Below, one piece after another: positions 8,396 through 18,176 of a stretch of DNA of 64,000 nt. The first letter of the stretch is position 1, and every line of letters starts with the position of its first letter. The position numbers and the translations under genes are program-made. The DNA is taken from assembly GCA_964639175.1 (NCBI GenBank), contig CAZXCE010000001.1, positions 2,188 to 66,187 of the forward strand, given 5' to 3'. The stretch is from an uncultured Clostridia bacterium. GTDB lineage: Bacteria > Acidobacteriota > Blastocatellia > Chloracidobacteriales > Chloracidobacteriaceae. Under the pieces are notes generated by a model. The model worked only from the letters and a program-made list of their open reading frames with translations, was not told where the DNA came from and did no database searches.

Positions 8396-9200
8396 ATGAT
8401 GGACGCAACGCAGGTATTTTGCTCGAATCTGGACTGTCCGGCAAAAGGGCAGACCGGAAAAGGAAATATTGGGGTACATAGCCGAAAAGAAAAAAGATAC
8501 AAGTGACGGGAATGTGGGAAGACGTTTGCGGAAATGGTCGGGACGCCGTTTTATCGGTTGCGGACGGGAATGGAGTTGGTGGTGACGTTGATCGCGTAGG
8601 GTGTCCGATCCGGGTAATCGTGGCCGCGTTTGGGCTGGATGAGCGGACGGTGGCAGACTGGCAGGCGCAAGCGGGAAAACAGTGTCAGCGGGTGCAAAAA
8701 GTGTTGGTGGAACAGCCATGGGAAGTGAGCCAGGTTCAGACGGATGAAATCCGAGTCAACACCCAGGGTGGAGTGGTCTGGATGGCATTGGCCCCGAGTG
8801 TGGCTAGTCAGTTGTGGATCACAGGGATGGTTTTGGCGTATCGGGAACTGGAACTGGTGACAAGGTTGATGCACCGGGGCAAAGCATCGGTCTCGGCCCT
8901 GGCTGGTGCGATTCTGTTGTGTACCGACGGGTTCGCCGACTACGTCACGGCGATCCAAACTGTGTTTTGGGAAGCCGTTCTCCGCTCCGAACGCGGTCGT
9001 CCGGTACTGATGAGGATGGTTGGGTAAGGAGATGCCAGCAATGTCATCTCCTTACCCACCAGATCCACCAGACGGGGTGACACCTTCTGCTTCAGATCCG
9101 AACCAAAGTTCTCAATAACGACTTGCGGGAAACATTTTGTCGATGGTACCCAGGGATGAACGCATCGTAGGATTCATTGCTTGATTTGCCCCTGGTTTGA
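8396..9200 (+). pseudogene. Decayed transposase gene (Zn-finger N-terminus, internal deletion, same 3' tail as 121-252)
   Basis: MMDATQVFCSNLDCPAKGQTGKGNIGVHSRKEKRYK*RECGKTF has TGA at 8504-8506 where the fourth zinc-finger Cys is expected. There is a frameshift at ~8597-8599 (TLIA* then GCPIRVIVAAFGLDERTVADW in another frame). The DDE-region fragment QTDEIRVNTQGGVVWMALA is present, with premature stops. The tail 9081-9200 matches 121-252 at ~90% with a 9-bp gap. Confidence 0.75.
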
Positions 9201-9244
9201 CCCTCTTTCGAGTAACCAGCAGCATTGAAGCTTGAACTCCCGCT

Positions 9245-12200
9245 TCAGTTTTCTGTTTTCTCACGCTCAAACCAGCCGTAGAGCGCTGGCAAAATGAGCA
9301 GGGTGAGCAGGGTTGAGGTGATCAGGCCACCGATGACGACCGTTGCCAATGGACGCTGGACTTCGGCTCCAGCGGATGTGGCCAGGGCCATTGGCAAAAA
9401 CCCCAGACTGGCCACCAGCGCTGTCATGAGCACTGGTCGGACACGCGATTCCGCTCCATCCCTAACTGCTTTCGCAATCGGATAATGAAGCATCCGCAGG
9501 TAGTTGATGGCACTTACAAGCACCAGCCCGTTGAGTACTGCGACCCCAAAGAGTGCGATAAAGCCGATACCTGCAGAAATGGAAAACGGCATACCACGCA
9601 AACCCAGTGCCGCCACACCTCCAACCGCCGCAAACGGGATTCCGGTGTAAATCAGAAGCGCCTGCCGGGTGGAACCGAATGTTGAGAAAAGCAACACAAA
9701 AATCAAAAACATGGCGATGGGCACCACCACCACCAGACGTTCCGACGCTTTCTGGAGGTTTTCAAACTGCCCACCCCAAGTCAGGTAATAACCCGCCGGG
9801 AGTTGCACTTTGCTGTCCAGCGCGGCCTGAGCTTCCGCCACGAAACTAGCGATATCGCGGCCCCGCACGTTAAGTTCCACGCCAATGCGTCGCCGCGTGT
9901 CTTCGCGGGAAATTTGCGCTGGGCCTTCCACCAGTGAGATGTCAGCCAGTTCCGCCAACGGGATGCGGCCTCCATTGGGAGCCGCGACCGGCAGATTGCG
10001 GATAGCCTGCACATCCCGCACCATCGCTGGGTCAAGCCGCACCACCAGCCCGAATCGCTGCTCCCCTTCATAGACCAGGCCGCCTTCTTTGCCCACCACA
10101 ATGGATTCAACCAGCGTGTTGACGTCCTCGACATTGATGCCGTGCCGTGCAATCACCTCACGGCGCGGCACCACTTGCAACTGAGGCAACCCCGTGGTGG
10201 CTTCGACTTTGACATCCTCCGCGCCTTGAATTCCACCCACGACTCGGGCGATTTCATTAGCTTTTTTCTTAAGGATATCCAAATCGTCGCCAAACAATTT
10301 GATGGCCACATCCGACCGTACGCCAGAAATCAGTTCGGAGACCCGCAGCTCAATTGGCTGCGAGAAACTGAACTGAGCATTGGGTACTTGGTTTTCCAGT
10401 TGTTTTGACATGAGCGCAATCAGGGTTTCTCGGTCTCTGGCGCTCTTCCATTCAGCGGGTGGTTTCAGGGCAATATAGAGATCACTGAAATCCACACTCA
10501 TCGGATCGGTGGCGACTTCTGCCCGCCCGGTTTTGGAAACCACCCTGGTTACTTCCGGGAATTGCCGCAGGACACGTTCTACCTCGGTCGTCGTCTGAAT
10601 GGATTGGGTGAGCGAAACACTTGGCAGTTGCTGGACTTGAATGGCCAATGAACCCTCATCCAGCCGGGGCACAAATTCTGCCCCAAGGAGCGGGAAAACC
10701 GCTGCCGCAACAAGTATCAGCCCAGTCGCCAGTGCGAGTGCTTGCGAGCGATAACGAATTACGTGGTCGAGCGCTGGCCGATACCACCGTTTGGCAATGG
10801 CAATCAGCGAGTTCTCGCGTTCCGAGACTGGACCGCGAAAGATCAGCGTCATGGCAGCGGGCACGTAGGTCAGCGAGAGAATCATGGCTCCGGCGAGGGC
10901 GAAAATGACCGTCAATGCCATCGGCTTGAACATTTTTCCCTCAATTCCGGTCAGGCTCAGAATCGGCAGGTAGACCACGGCAATTATCAGTTCACCGAAC
11001 ATAGTTGCCTTGCGGACTTCCGCCGCCGCGTTGCAGATCGTCGCACGAAGTTCGCCCGGTGTGAGCGTTCGTCCCTGTTCATGCTGGCGTTCGCCAATTC
11101 GCCGAATAGCGTTTTCAACCATAATCACCGCGCCGTCCACCACCAAGCCGAAATCAATTGCCCCAAGGCTCATGAGGTTGCCCGACACGCCAAAGAAATT
11201 CATGCCAATGGCCGCCGACATCATTGAGAGCGGAATCACGGTTGCCACCAGCAACGCCCCGCGCCAGTTCCCCAACAACAAGATCAGCACGAAAATCACA
11301 ATCAAGGCGCCTTCAACCAGGTTGGTGATGACCGTCCGAATGGTTCGGTCAATCAATTCTGTGCGGTCATAAAAAGGAATCAGCGATACGCCTTTGGGCA
11401 GGGTTTTCTTGATCTGTTCCACCCGTTCTTTGGTCCGTTCGACGACAGTCCGGGTGTTTTCCCCTTTGAGCATCATGGCGATGCCGCAAACAATTTCGCC
11501 TTCGCCATCCGCCGTCACCGCACCCTGGCGAACAACTGCCCCGGTGGTAACGGAGCCCACATCGCTGACGAATACTGCAATCCCTTCCGGATTGGTCTTG
11601 AGCACAATTCGTTCAATGTCGGCACTGTTTTTTACCAGCCCGATGCCACGCAGCAGATATTGCTCCTCCTGGTGCTCCAAGTATGCACCGCCGACATTGG
11701 CGTTGTTGCGCATCACAGCGTCCAGCACATCCCGCAGAGTCAAGCCGTGGGCTTGCAATTTCGTCGGGTCCAATTGCACCTGGTACTGTTTTTCCAGACC
11801 GCCGAAACTGTTTACCTCAGTAATACCGGATACGCCCAGCAATTGCCGCCGGACAATCCAGTCCTGCACCGTCCGTAGTGACGTCGGATCGTAGCCACTA
11901 CCTGGTTCGGCTTTTAGCTCATATTGGTAAATCTCACCCAGCCCAGTGGAAATCGGTCCCATTTCCGGCACACCAATAGTGGATGGAATCTGTTCGCGGG
12001 CCTGGGTCAGCCGCTCCGAAACAAGTTGACGGGCGAAATAAATATTGACTGAATCATCAAAAACCACCGTCACCGCCGACAAACCGAACTTTGACACTGA
12101 GCGGATTTCTTCAATGTCAGGTAGCCCTGAGATAGTGACCTCAATCGGGAAGGTGATTTGGCGTTCAATTTCCAGCGGCGACAGGGCTGGTGCCGCTGTC

Positions 12201-12349
12201 AGGATTTGAACCTGGGTATTGGTCACGTCTGGCACCGCATCAATCGGCAACCGCCGATAGTTATAGGTGCCGCCGGCCACCAGCATGGCCGTCAGTAGCA
12301 GAATCAACAAGCGCTGGTTGACTGAGAAACGGATTATGGAATTGATCAT
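9245..12349 (-). CDS. czcA: Heavy-metal efflux RND transporter, CzcA type
   Basis: 1034 aa. The TM4 signature AIDFGLVVDGAVIMVENAIRR (DFG-DGA-VEN) is typical of Co/Zn/Cd HME-RND pumps. N-terminus MINSIIRFSVNQRLL. Confidence 0.93.
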   Translation of the reverse strand: MINSIIRFSVNQRLLILLLTAMLVAGGTYNYRRLPIDAVPDVTNTQVQILTAAPALSPLEIERQITFPIEVTISGLPDIEEIRSVSKFGLSAVTVVFDDSVNIYFARQLVSERLTQAREQIPSTIGVPEMGPISTGLGEIYQYELKAEPGSGYDPTSLRTVQDWIVRRQLLGVSGITEVNSFGGLEKQYQVQLDPTKLQAHGLTLRDVLDAVMRNNANVGGAYLEHQEEQYLLRGIGLVKNSADIERIVLKTNPEGIAVFVSDVGSVTTGAVVRQGAVTADGEGEIVCGIAMMLKGENTRTVVERTKERVEQIKKTLPKGVSLIPFYDRTELIDRTIRTVITNLVEGALIVIFVLILLLGNWRGALLVATVIPLSMMSAAIGMNFFGVSGNLMSLGAIDFGLVVDGAVIMVENAIRRIGERQHEQGRTLTPGELRATICNAAAEVRKATMFGELIIAVVYLPILSLTGIEGKMFKPMALTVIFALAGAMILSLTYVPAAMTLIFRGPVSERENSLIAIAKRWYRPALDHVIRYRSQALALATGLILVAAAVFPLLGAEFVPRLDEGSLAIQVQQLPSVSLTQSIQTTTEVERVLRQFPEVTRVVSKTGRAEVATDPMSVDFSDLYIALKPPAEWKSARDRETLIALMSKQLENQVPNAQFSFSQPIELRVSELISGVRSDVAIKLFGDDLDILKKKANEIARVVGGIQGAEDVKVEATTGLPQLQVVPRREVIARHGINVEDVNTLVESIVVGKEGGLVYEGEQRFGLVVRLDPAMVRDVQAIRNLPVAAPNGGRIPLAELADISLVEGPAQISREDTRRRIGVELNVRGRDIASFVAEAQAALDSKVQLPAGYYLTWGGQFENLQKASERLVVVVPIAMFLIFVLLFSTFGSTRQALLIYTGIPFAAVGGVAALGLRGMPFSISAGIGFIALFGVAVLNGLVLVSAINYLRMLHYPIAKAVRDGAESRVRPVLMTALVASLGFLPMALATSAGAEVQRPLATVVIGGLITSTLLTLLILPALYGWFEREKTEN

Positions 12350-12372
12350 GGTTCTTCCTTTCAGTGGCGGCG

Positions 12373-13791
12373 TCAGTGGTCATGCCCGCCAAGTTCCCCT
12401 TTCATCAGTTGGGTTTTGAGGGTGAATGCGCCTTTCACGACGATCTTTTCACCAGGTTGCAACCCTGCGGTAATCCGCACCCGTTCACTGGATTCTTCGC
12501 CCACTTCAACTTCGCGCACTTCATAGGCGCCTGCTTCATCTGCTTTGGGTAGAAACACGACCGATTGTTCGCCCATCCGCTGGACGGCCTGGGCCGGAAT
12601 CACGATTTCCACCGGTCCGGCGGAGTCATTCGCCGTCTGCAACTCAACATTAACAAACATGCCTATCCGCAGGGTGTTCCCTGGGTTGTCCACTTCCACC
12701 CGGACGCGGGCAGTGCGGGTGGTTTCGTTAACGAGTGGGTCGAGATAGGTGACTTTGCCTGTGAGTTGCAGGGACTCTGGATTGGAGGGCCGAATGACAG
12801 CCGTCGAATTCACCGTGAGCCGCAGCATTTCGGCTACTGGAATGTTGGTGATGACCCAGACTGAGGATAAGTTAGTAATGGTAAAGAGCGGTTTTCCCGG
12901 CTCGATGCCCACCCCCGCATTAACCAAGCGTTCTGTCACAATACCGCTGACCGGAGACGTGATTGGCACCAATGCGGTGTTTTCTTCGTTGGAGTGCGTA
13001 TCGCATACCGATACGCCCACAGCCTTGAGGCCGTTGCGTTTGTGGTCTACGTCCAGTTGTGCTGATTCCAATGCTGCTTTGGCTTCCTGGACTTCGCGGC
13101 TGAGATTGATATTGTTTTGGAAATCAAACTCCGCTTTCGCATTCTGGTAGGCAGTTTCGGCAGCAATCAGGTCTTTGCCGGCACCGGCGCCAAGTTCGAT
13201 CAGTTTTTGTGTTCGAGTCAGATTAGCCTGGGCTTCATCCAACCTGGCTCGTGCCTGGAGGAGCGAAATCCGGTTTTCTACTTTTTGCACTCGTTCGTAA
13301 TTGCGTTGGGCGACCCCCAACTGAGTTTCAGCTTCGTGCAGTTTCCCATGCATTTCCGCTACTAAGGGGCTAGACAATTCGGCCAGGACCATTCCGGCTT
13401 TAACCGGCATGCCAACCGTCACTCGGACCTGTTCCAACCGGCCACTGACCTGGGCCGAAACCTGCTGGGTCTGCAACTGATTGGCCTCGACCGAACCTGT
13501 CGTCCGGATGAACCTCCCTTCCGGTTGGCCCGATATGGACTCGATCTCGATTCTAGCGGCTTTTTCCACTTCAGGAGAGAGCAGGACCTCCGACACGCCG
13601 TGCGCTTCTTCCTGGTGATGGTTCTCTTCTTCTACCGCTGGGGTGATTTGGGGATTGGATCCGCGTATGAGTAGGAACCCAACCACCACCACAATTACAG
13701 CAATACCCAGCCACCACCACCGAGATAAAGTCGGTTTGGCAGGTAACGACTGGCTGACAAGTTGTTCGGTTTTTTCCTTTTCCATAAACAT
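12373..13791 (-). CDS. czcB: RND efflux periplasmic adaptor (membrane fusion protein), CzcB-like
   Basis: N-terminal TM helix, long coiled-coil hairpin (LDEAQANLTRTQKLIELGAGAGKDL...), C-terminal beta-barrel and MP domains. Lies 23 nt upstream of czcA. Confidence 0.88.
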   Translation of the reverse strand: MFMEKEKTEQLVSQSLPAKPTLSRWWWLGIAVIVVVVGFLLIRGSNPQITPAVEEENHHQEEAHGVSEVLLSPEVEKAARIEIESISGQPEGRFIRTTGSVEANQLQTQQVSAQVSGRLEQVRVTVGMPVKAGMVLAELSSPLVAEMHGKLHEAETQLGVAQRNYERVQKVENRISLLQARARLDEAQANLTRTQKLIELGAGAGKDLIAAETAYQNAKAEFDFQNNINLSREVQEAKAALESAQLDVDHKRNGLKAVGVSVCDTHSNEENTALVPITSPVSGIVTERLVNAGVGIEPGKPLFTITNLSSVWVITNIPVAEMLRLTVNSTAVIRPSNPESLQLTGKVTYLDPLVNETTRTARVRVEVDNPGNTLRIGMFVNVELQTANDSAGPVEIVIPAQAVQRMGEQSVVFLPKADEAGAYEVREVEVGEESSERVRITAGLQPGEKIVVKGAFTLKTQLMKGELGGHDH

Positions 13792-13797
13792 TGTTCC

Positions 13798-15177
13798 TCA
13801 ATCAAGGGGGGTTCCAATTGCGGTAACTAGGTTTTTCCAGGCATGCTGGTATTCAGCCAGGATTTCGGTGTATTCCTGCTGAACATCGGCAAACTTGCGT
13901 TGTTCAGCGATAACTTCGGTAATGCGGAATGCACCAACTTCATAAGAATTCCGAATCGTGTGCAGGTTTTGCTGTGACCTATCAATCACCCCGGTTTTGT
14001 AAATGTCGAGCACAGCTTTTGCCACCCTCCACCGGTCGTAAGCTGCCGTGACTTCGTTGCGCACAAGTTGTTCCAGGAACTCGCGCCGGCGTTTGGCCTG
14101 GGTAATGGCCACTTCGGCTTCAGCTTTGGCGCCCTGGTTCCGGTTGAAAACTGGTATCGTGACCGACAATCCGAACGTCAGCAGTTTGTCACGGTCGTTC
14201 AAAAAGCCAATGGGCGTGGTGTCAAAACTCGACTCATTGGCTGCATACCGTATGTAGGCGGTGACATCAGGGCGCCCTTGGGCTCGCGCCAACCGTACCC
14301 TGGCAGTTGCAGATTCTTCATTTAACCGAGCCATCTGCAAATCAGGACGGAGACGCAAAGCAGTAGTGATGGAGGTTTCCACCGAATCCGGTACTGACGG
14401 TACGCTGGTGCTGGCGAGGGATTCAGCCAACCTCAATGGGGCATCAACCGGTAACCCAATCAATATTTTTAACCGGCCAAGCGCTATCTTGAGTTGAACC
14501 TCGACCAGCATTCGTCGTGCTTGCCGCCGATCCTGTTCTACCTTCAGCAAATTGAGGTCAAGCGGTGGGATATCACCTATTGCCACCCGGTCGCTGGCGA
14601 TTTTGACCGATTGCGCATCCAGGGCACCAAGGTCGGTCAAGATTTCGAGTTCGCGAGTTGCTGTCAGGATCTCGGTGGTAAGAGTGCGGACCTCACTAGC
14701 CAATCGCCGTTCCCGATCCGCGATGTCGGCTTGAGCAATTGCCAGTTCCGTTTGTGCGACTTCCATCCGGCGCTGGCGTTGGCCGTTCAATTCGAGTGGG
14801 ATCATAACCCCAATCGCCAAATTGCGTTCGCCAGGTGAATTCAGGACACCCGCCGTGCGCTCGGCTTCAGCCGTTGGGTTTGAACGCAGCCCAGCTTGGC
14901 GTAACCGGCCACGGGCTCGTTCAATGTCAAGCCGGGCTGCGGTCAGTTCGCCGTTGGCAACGAGCGCGAGGCGAATCAGGGCCTGGGTCGTGTAGCTACC
15001 CGAAGCTGTTTGGGGAAGGGAAATTGATGGAACCGATTGTCCATCAGCAGCAGATTGTGCAAGAACAACACCTGTCAGTTTTGTCAGTTCCTGTCCGTGA
15101 GCCGGTAGCAGGTTGAATAGTAAAAACAATATAAAAAAGAGGGTATCCCGAGCGCGGAACACACCGTGATAACGCAT
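13798..15177 (-). CDS. czcC: TolC-family outer membrane efflux protein, CzcC-like
   Basis: Signal peptide plus the two-repeat helical OEP pattern (LTAARLDIERARGRLRQAGLRSNP...; NRNQGAKAEAEVAITQAKRRREFLEQ). Ends 6 nt before the adaptor gene. Confidence 0.88.
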   Translation of the reverse strand: MRYHGVFRARDTLFFILFLLFNLLPAHGQELTKLTGVVLAQSAADGQSVPSISLPQTASGSYTTQALIRLALVANGELTAARLDIERARGRLRQAGLRSNPTAEAERTAGVLNSPGERNLAIGVMIPLELNGQRQRRMEVAQTELAIAQADIADRERRLASEVRTLTTEILTATRELEILTDLGALDAQSVKIASDRVAIGDIPPLDLNLLKVEQDRRQARRMLVEVQLKIALGRLKILIGLPVDAPLRLAESLASTSVPSVPDSVETSITTALRLRPDLQMARLNEESATARVRLARAQGRPDVTAYIRYAANESSFDTTPIGFLNDRDKLLTFGLSVTIPVFNRNQGAKAEAEVAITQAKRRREFLEQLVRNEVTAAYDRWRVAKAVLDIYKTGVIDRSQQNLHTIRNSYEVGAFRITEVIAEQRKFADVQQEYTEILAEYQHAWKNLVTAIGTPLD

Positions 15178-15345
15178 AAAGCAGTTCCCTTTCTAGTGTT
15201 GACCAGGCAACACCCGCGTTGCCGCCCCGAAAAAATACACGCCGGCAACCAATTTATTCGCATACCTGACCTGACTTAGACGCAACTACCAGGATAGTTC
15301 CCGGTCAGGGATCTGTTAGATGTCAGGTAACAAGTTGGTCTGGAT

Positions 15346-15831
15346 TCAAGATAAGACAAACTTCGGAGGGTGAAAGGGAGGGGCGAGAAACTTGGTCAAG
15401 AATAGCCAGGATTGCCAGGGGATAACGGATAGAGGATCTTCAAACCGGGGCCAGACGAAGTTCATAGATGGGAGTACATGGGAACAGCACGAAACACAGG
15501 TGCAACCATACCCATCCTCGCTCTTTGTTTCCTGAGATTGAGGTGTTGCAGGTTGCAGGACGGTTCCCTGGGTTAGAGATAAATGAGCTTTATCAATAAC
15601 TTCGTCAAGTGGTGGATGGGCATGCTTTTCATACCCCAGCAGCATTTCCGTGCAATGCCCAGGAAATACAATATCAACCAATCCCACATCCGAAACGATG
15701 AAGGTCAGCATGAAAAGCGCAACCCCACGCCAAAGGCTCGGTTTGAAGGTTTGGAAAAATGCACGGAAAAGATTCATTCTGGTATTCTTCCACGGTGGAG
15801 AAAGAAGAGTCAACTCTTGACTGGGGATCAT
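15346..15831 (-). CDS. Hypothetical membrane protein with a Cys cluster (start uncertain; alternative ATG at 15777)
   Basis: The ORF has one clear TM helix (WRGVALFMLTFIVSDVGLVDIVF) and the motif CTCVSCCSH. It sits upstream of czcC on the same strand. No family recognised. Confidence 0.4.
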   Translation of the reverse strand: MIPSQELTLLSPPWKNTRMNLFRAFFQTFKPSLWRGVALFMLTFIVSDVGLVDIVFPGHCTEMLLGYEKHAHPPLDEVIDKAHLSLTQGTVLQPATPQSQETKSEDGYGCTCVSCCSHVLPSMNFVWPRFEDPLSVIPWQSWLFLTKFLAPPFHPPKFVLS

Positions 15832-16011
15832 TATTTTCAGGATTCCTCGACCGGGTCAAAGCAACGTATCCTTGCGGGAGTGCAGCGTGACAACTCCCAG
15901 CCTCATTGTATAGGTCAACCCCGCCCCTGATTTCCTGGACTGGAACAAGATTGGTGAAACTGTAACCCGGTGAAGTTATGCGGCAGTCATTTCACTGTTT
16001 GACCCGCCAAG

Positions 16012-16046
16012 CAACTATTGACGATAGTTGTTATGTTGTCTATAGT
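16012..16046 (+). promoter_or_regulatory. Sigma-70-like promoter with an overlapping palindromic operator upstream of the BlaI-like gene
   Basis: TTGACG (16018-16023), 17 nt spacer, TATAGT (16041-16046). The perfect inverted repeat caactat-N5-atagttg (16012-16030) covers the -35 box. Lies ~40 nt upstream of the ATG at 16085. Confidence 0.5.
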
Positions 16047-16084
16047 CCGTTTCCGTCAATTCTTCGCTGCAGATCACACTGAGC

Positions 16085-16510
16085 ATGCCTAAATTTTCAC
16101 TTCGAGGATTCAAAACCGACCGCCGGGGAGCCAGTCACGTGCTGGGGAAACTGGAAACTGCCGTTATGGAACATCTCTGGCAGTACCCCCGCCAGACAGT
16201 TTCCGAGGTTGAAGACCGGCTCAACCGGGTACGTCCGATTGCCCATACGACGGTGCTGACGACGCTAGACCGGCTGCACCGCAAGGGCTACCTGACCCGG
16301 GAAAAAGAAGGGAAAGCCTTTGTCTATGCGCCTTGCTACAGCCGGGAGGAATTTGAGCGGGGGATGGCGGAGGAAGTGTTGGGCGCTATTTTGAGAGGAA
16401 TGGGCGAGCCGGCGCTATCCACCTTTGTGGATATGGTCAGCGAGGACGAAGTCCAACTGCAAAAACTGGAAGAGTTGATTCGGGAAAAACGAAAGGGCAA
16501 CCGGTCATGA
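16085..16510 (+). CDS. BlaI/MecI/CopY-family winged-helix repressor
   Basis: LGKLETAVMEHLWQYPRQTVSEVEDRL...HTTVLTTLDRLHRKGYLTREKEGKAFVYAP. There is no C-terminal CxC metal motif, so it is not a classic CopY. Confidence 0.88.
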   Translation: MPKFSLRGFKTDRRGASHVLGKLETAVMEHLWQYPRQTVSEVEDRLNRVRPIAHTTVLTTLDRLHRKGYLTREKEGKAFVYAPCYSREEFERGMAEEVLGAILRGMGEPALSTFVDMVSEDEVQLQKLEELIREKRKGNRS

Positions 16511-17586
16511 ATCCTTTCTTGTGGGCGCTCCTGTTGGCCGGAATTGAAAATTTTGTCCTGCTTAACACGGTGCTGTCCGCGGCTGTTTTTCTGATGGTCG
16601 TGCTGGGGCGGGTCACCGGCTGGTTGAAGACCCGACACCCGCTCACCCAGGCGCAGGTGTATGCCGGGGCTATTGTCTTTCCTACGCTGGTTTCGGGCTG
16701 GCTGGTACTGGCGTCCCTGTTGCCGGCAGGTTGGATGAACCGTCCCGACTGGGTGATCCATCACGAAGACCCACATACGCTGCACTTGTTGAATGCCCTG
16801 ACCTTTGGGGTTGACCCGGCGCTGGAATATTTCACGTTTTTGTTTCTGGTGGGAACCGGTTTGGCCGTGTGGCTGGCGGCGGCCCGGGCCTTTGTCCAGA
16901 TTGGGATGCTGGTCCGATGTCTGGAAATTGGCGGGGATCCAGTACCTTCCGAACAGATTGAACAGGTCAAAGAGACCTGCCGCGCCTACGGCATGGGAGT
17001 CGGGCTGGTCTACAGCGGGCGTCCGTTTTCGTTCGTGTGGGGATACCTGCGCTCCAAACTGATTGTCTCGACCGGATTGCTGAACACCCTGACCGAAGCC
17101 GAATTGACCGCCCTGCTGGAGCATGAAGCGGCCCACCACCAACGCCACGACAATCTGTTGAAAGGTGTGCTGACCGCCTGCCGTTACACTTCGCCGGCCT
17201 TTCCGCTGACCAATCTGATTTACGGCTGGTGGAGTCATGCGGTTGAAATGGTCTGTGATGAAGCCGCCGCTGGGTGGACCCACCCGCTGGATGTGGCCGA
17301 AGCACTGGTCAAAATCAAGCGCCTGGCTGGCCGGCCACTGGGGCGCGCGCCCATCGTCCACTCCGCTTTCTTCGGGGAAAACACCCAGGCTTTGGAAGAC
17401 CGCATCCGACATTTGGTGGGCCTGCTGGACCTCCCAAAACCCACCCCACGCACGCAGCTCTTGAAATCCTGGACCGGTACTGCTTGGTGGCTTTCCGCCG
17501 CCGGCGGGATTTTGCTGCTGGCGGTGTTTGCGGTTGCACCACTCTCAATCCATCGGCTGTTGGAACAGTTCCTCCACCGTTTTTAG
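16507..17586 (+). CDS. BlaR1-like M56 membrane metallopeptidase lacking a penicillin-binding sensor domain
   Basis: Start overlaps the repressor stop (ATGA). Multiple TM helices. LTALLEHEAAHHQRHDNL contains HExxH. At 359 aa it is too short to include a PBP-type sensor. Confidence 0.83.
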   Translation: MNPFLWALLLAGIENFVLLNTVLSAAVFLMVVLGRVTGWLKTRHPLTQAQVYAGAIVFPTLVSGWLVLASLLPAGWMNRPDWVIHHEDPHTLHLLNALTFGVDPALEYFTFLFLVGTGLAVWLAAARAFVQIGMLVRCLEIGGDPVPSEQIEQVKETCRAYGMGVGLVYSGRPFSFVWGYLRSKLIVSTGLLNTLTEAELTALLEHEAAHHQRHDNLLKGVLTACRYTSPAFPLTNLIYGWWSHAVEMVCDEAAAGWTHPLDVAEALVKIKRLAGRPLGRAPIVHSAFFGENTQALEDRIRHLVGLLDLPKPTPRTQLLKSWTGTAWWLSAAGGILLLAVFAVAPLSIHRLLEQFLHRF

Positions 17587-17663
17587 CCGGTGGCTGGACA
17601 CAAGCATGATTTCCCTGGTTTCAGGCTTACAAAAACTATCACTGGTAGTTTCAGGAAATAAAT

Positions 17664-18140
17664 ATGAACAAACACAGGCGGATTCCCGAAATGATGAACC
17701 GATTCCTTCCGGTCAAAAGGGTGATTGCGACGGGGTTGCTGGCTGTTGTCCTGGGGGTGGCCGGCTGTGCCCGACTGGTCCCGCCTCAGTCTCACTCGGA
17801 GGTGGAGGAAGAACCACTTTCCCAAACAGAATTCACCAGCCGAATTGAGAATTTCTTTGAATACGAACCACTCAAGGCAAATCGGAAAAGCCAGTTTCTT
17901 ATCCACCTGACGGATTTGGGCGACGGCTCGCCGGTGGAAAGGGCGGAAATCGTGCTGACGGTCCGCACCAAAGGACAACCTGCCGAAATTACCCGTACCA
18001 CGGCCCGCATCGGAAAGGTCACCGGCATTTATGTGGCCGACCTCACGATTTCGCAGGCCGGACAGTACGACATCGAGTTCCGGGTTAAGAATGACAAGCT
18101 CGACGAACGGCTGGCACTGACGGATTTCACTGTTGAGTAA
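17664..18140 (+). CDS. Lipoprotein with an Ig-like (YtkA/FixH-like) domain
   Basis: Lipobox LGVAGC. All-beta pattern (SQFLIHLTDLGDGSPVERAEIVLTVRT...GIYVADLTISQAGQYDIEFRV) resembling the N-terminal modules of the 42497 and 47057 proteins. Confidence 0.6.
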   Translation: MNKHRRIPEMMNRFLPVKRVIATGLLAVVLGVAGCARLVPPQSHSEVEEEPLSQTEFTSRIENFFEYEPLKANRKSQFLIHLTDLGDGSPVERAEIVLTVRTKGQPAEITRTTARIGKVTGIYVADLTISQAGQYDIEFRVKNDKLDERLALTDFTVE

Positions 18141-18176
18141 TCAGGATTTCCCTTCTTTTTTTGGAGAATAGTACCC

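Noticed and set aside
16336-17412. 358-aa ORF on the minus strand, antisense to the BlaI/BlaR1-like genes
   Set aside because: It lies wholly opposite well-supported genes in GC-rich DNA. Its translation is Arg/Gly/Pro/Gln-rich low complexity with no motifs. This is a typical high-GC antisense artefact.
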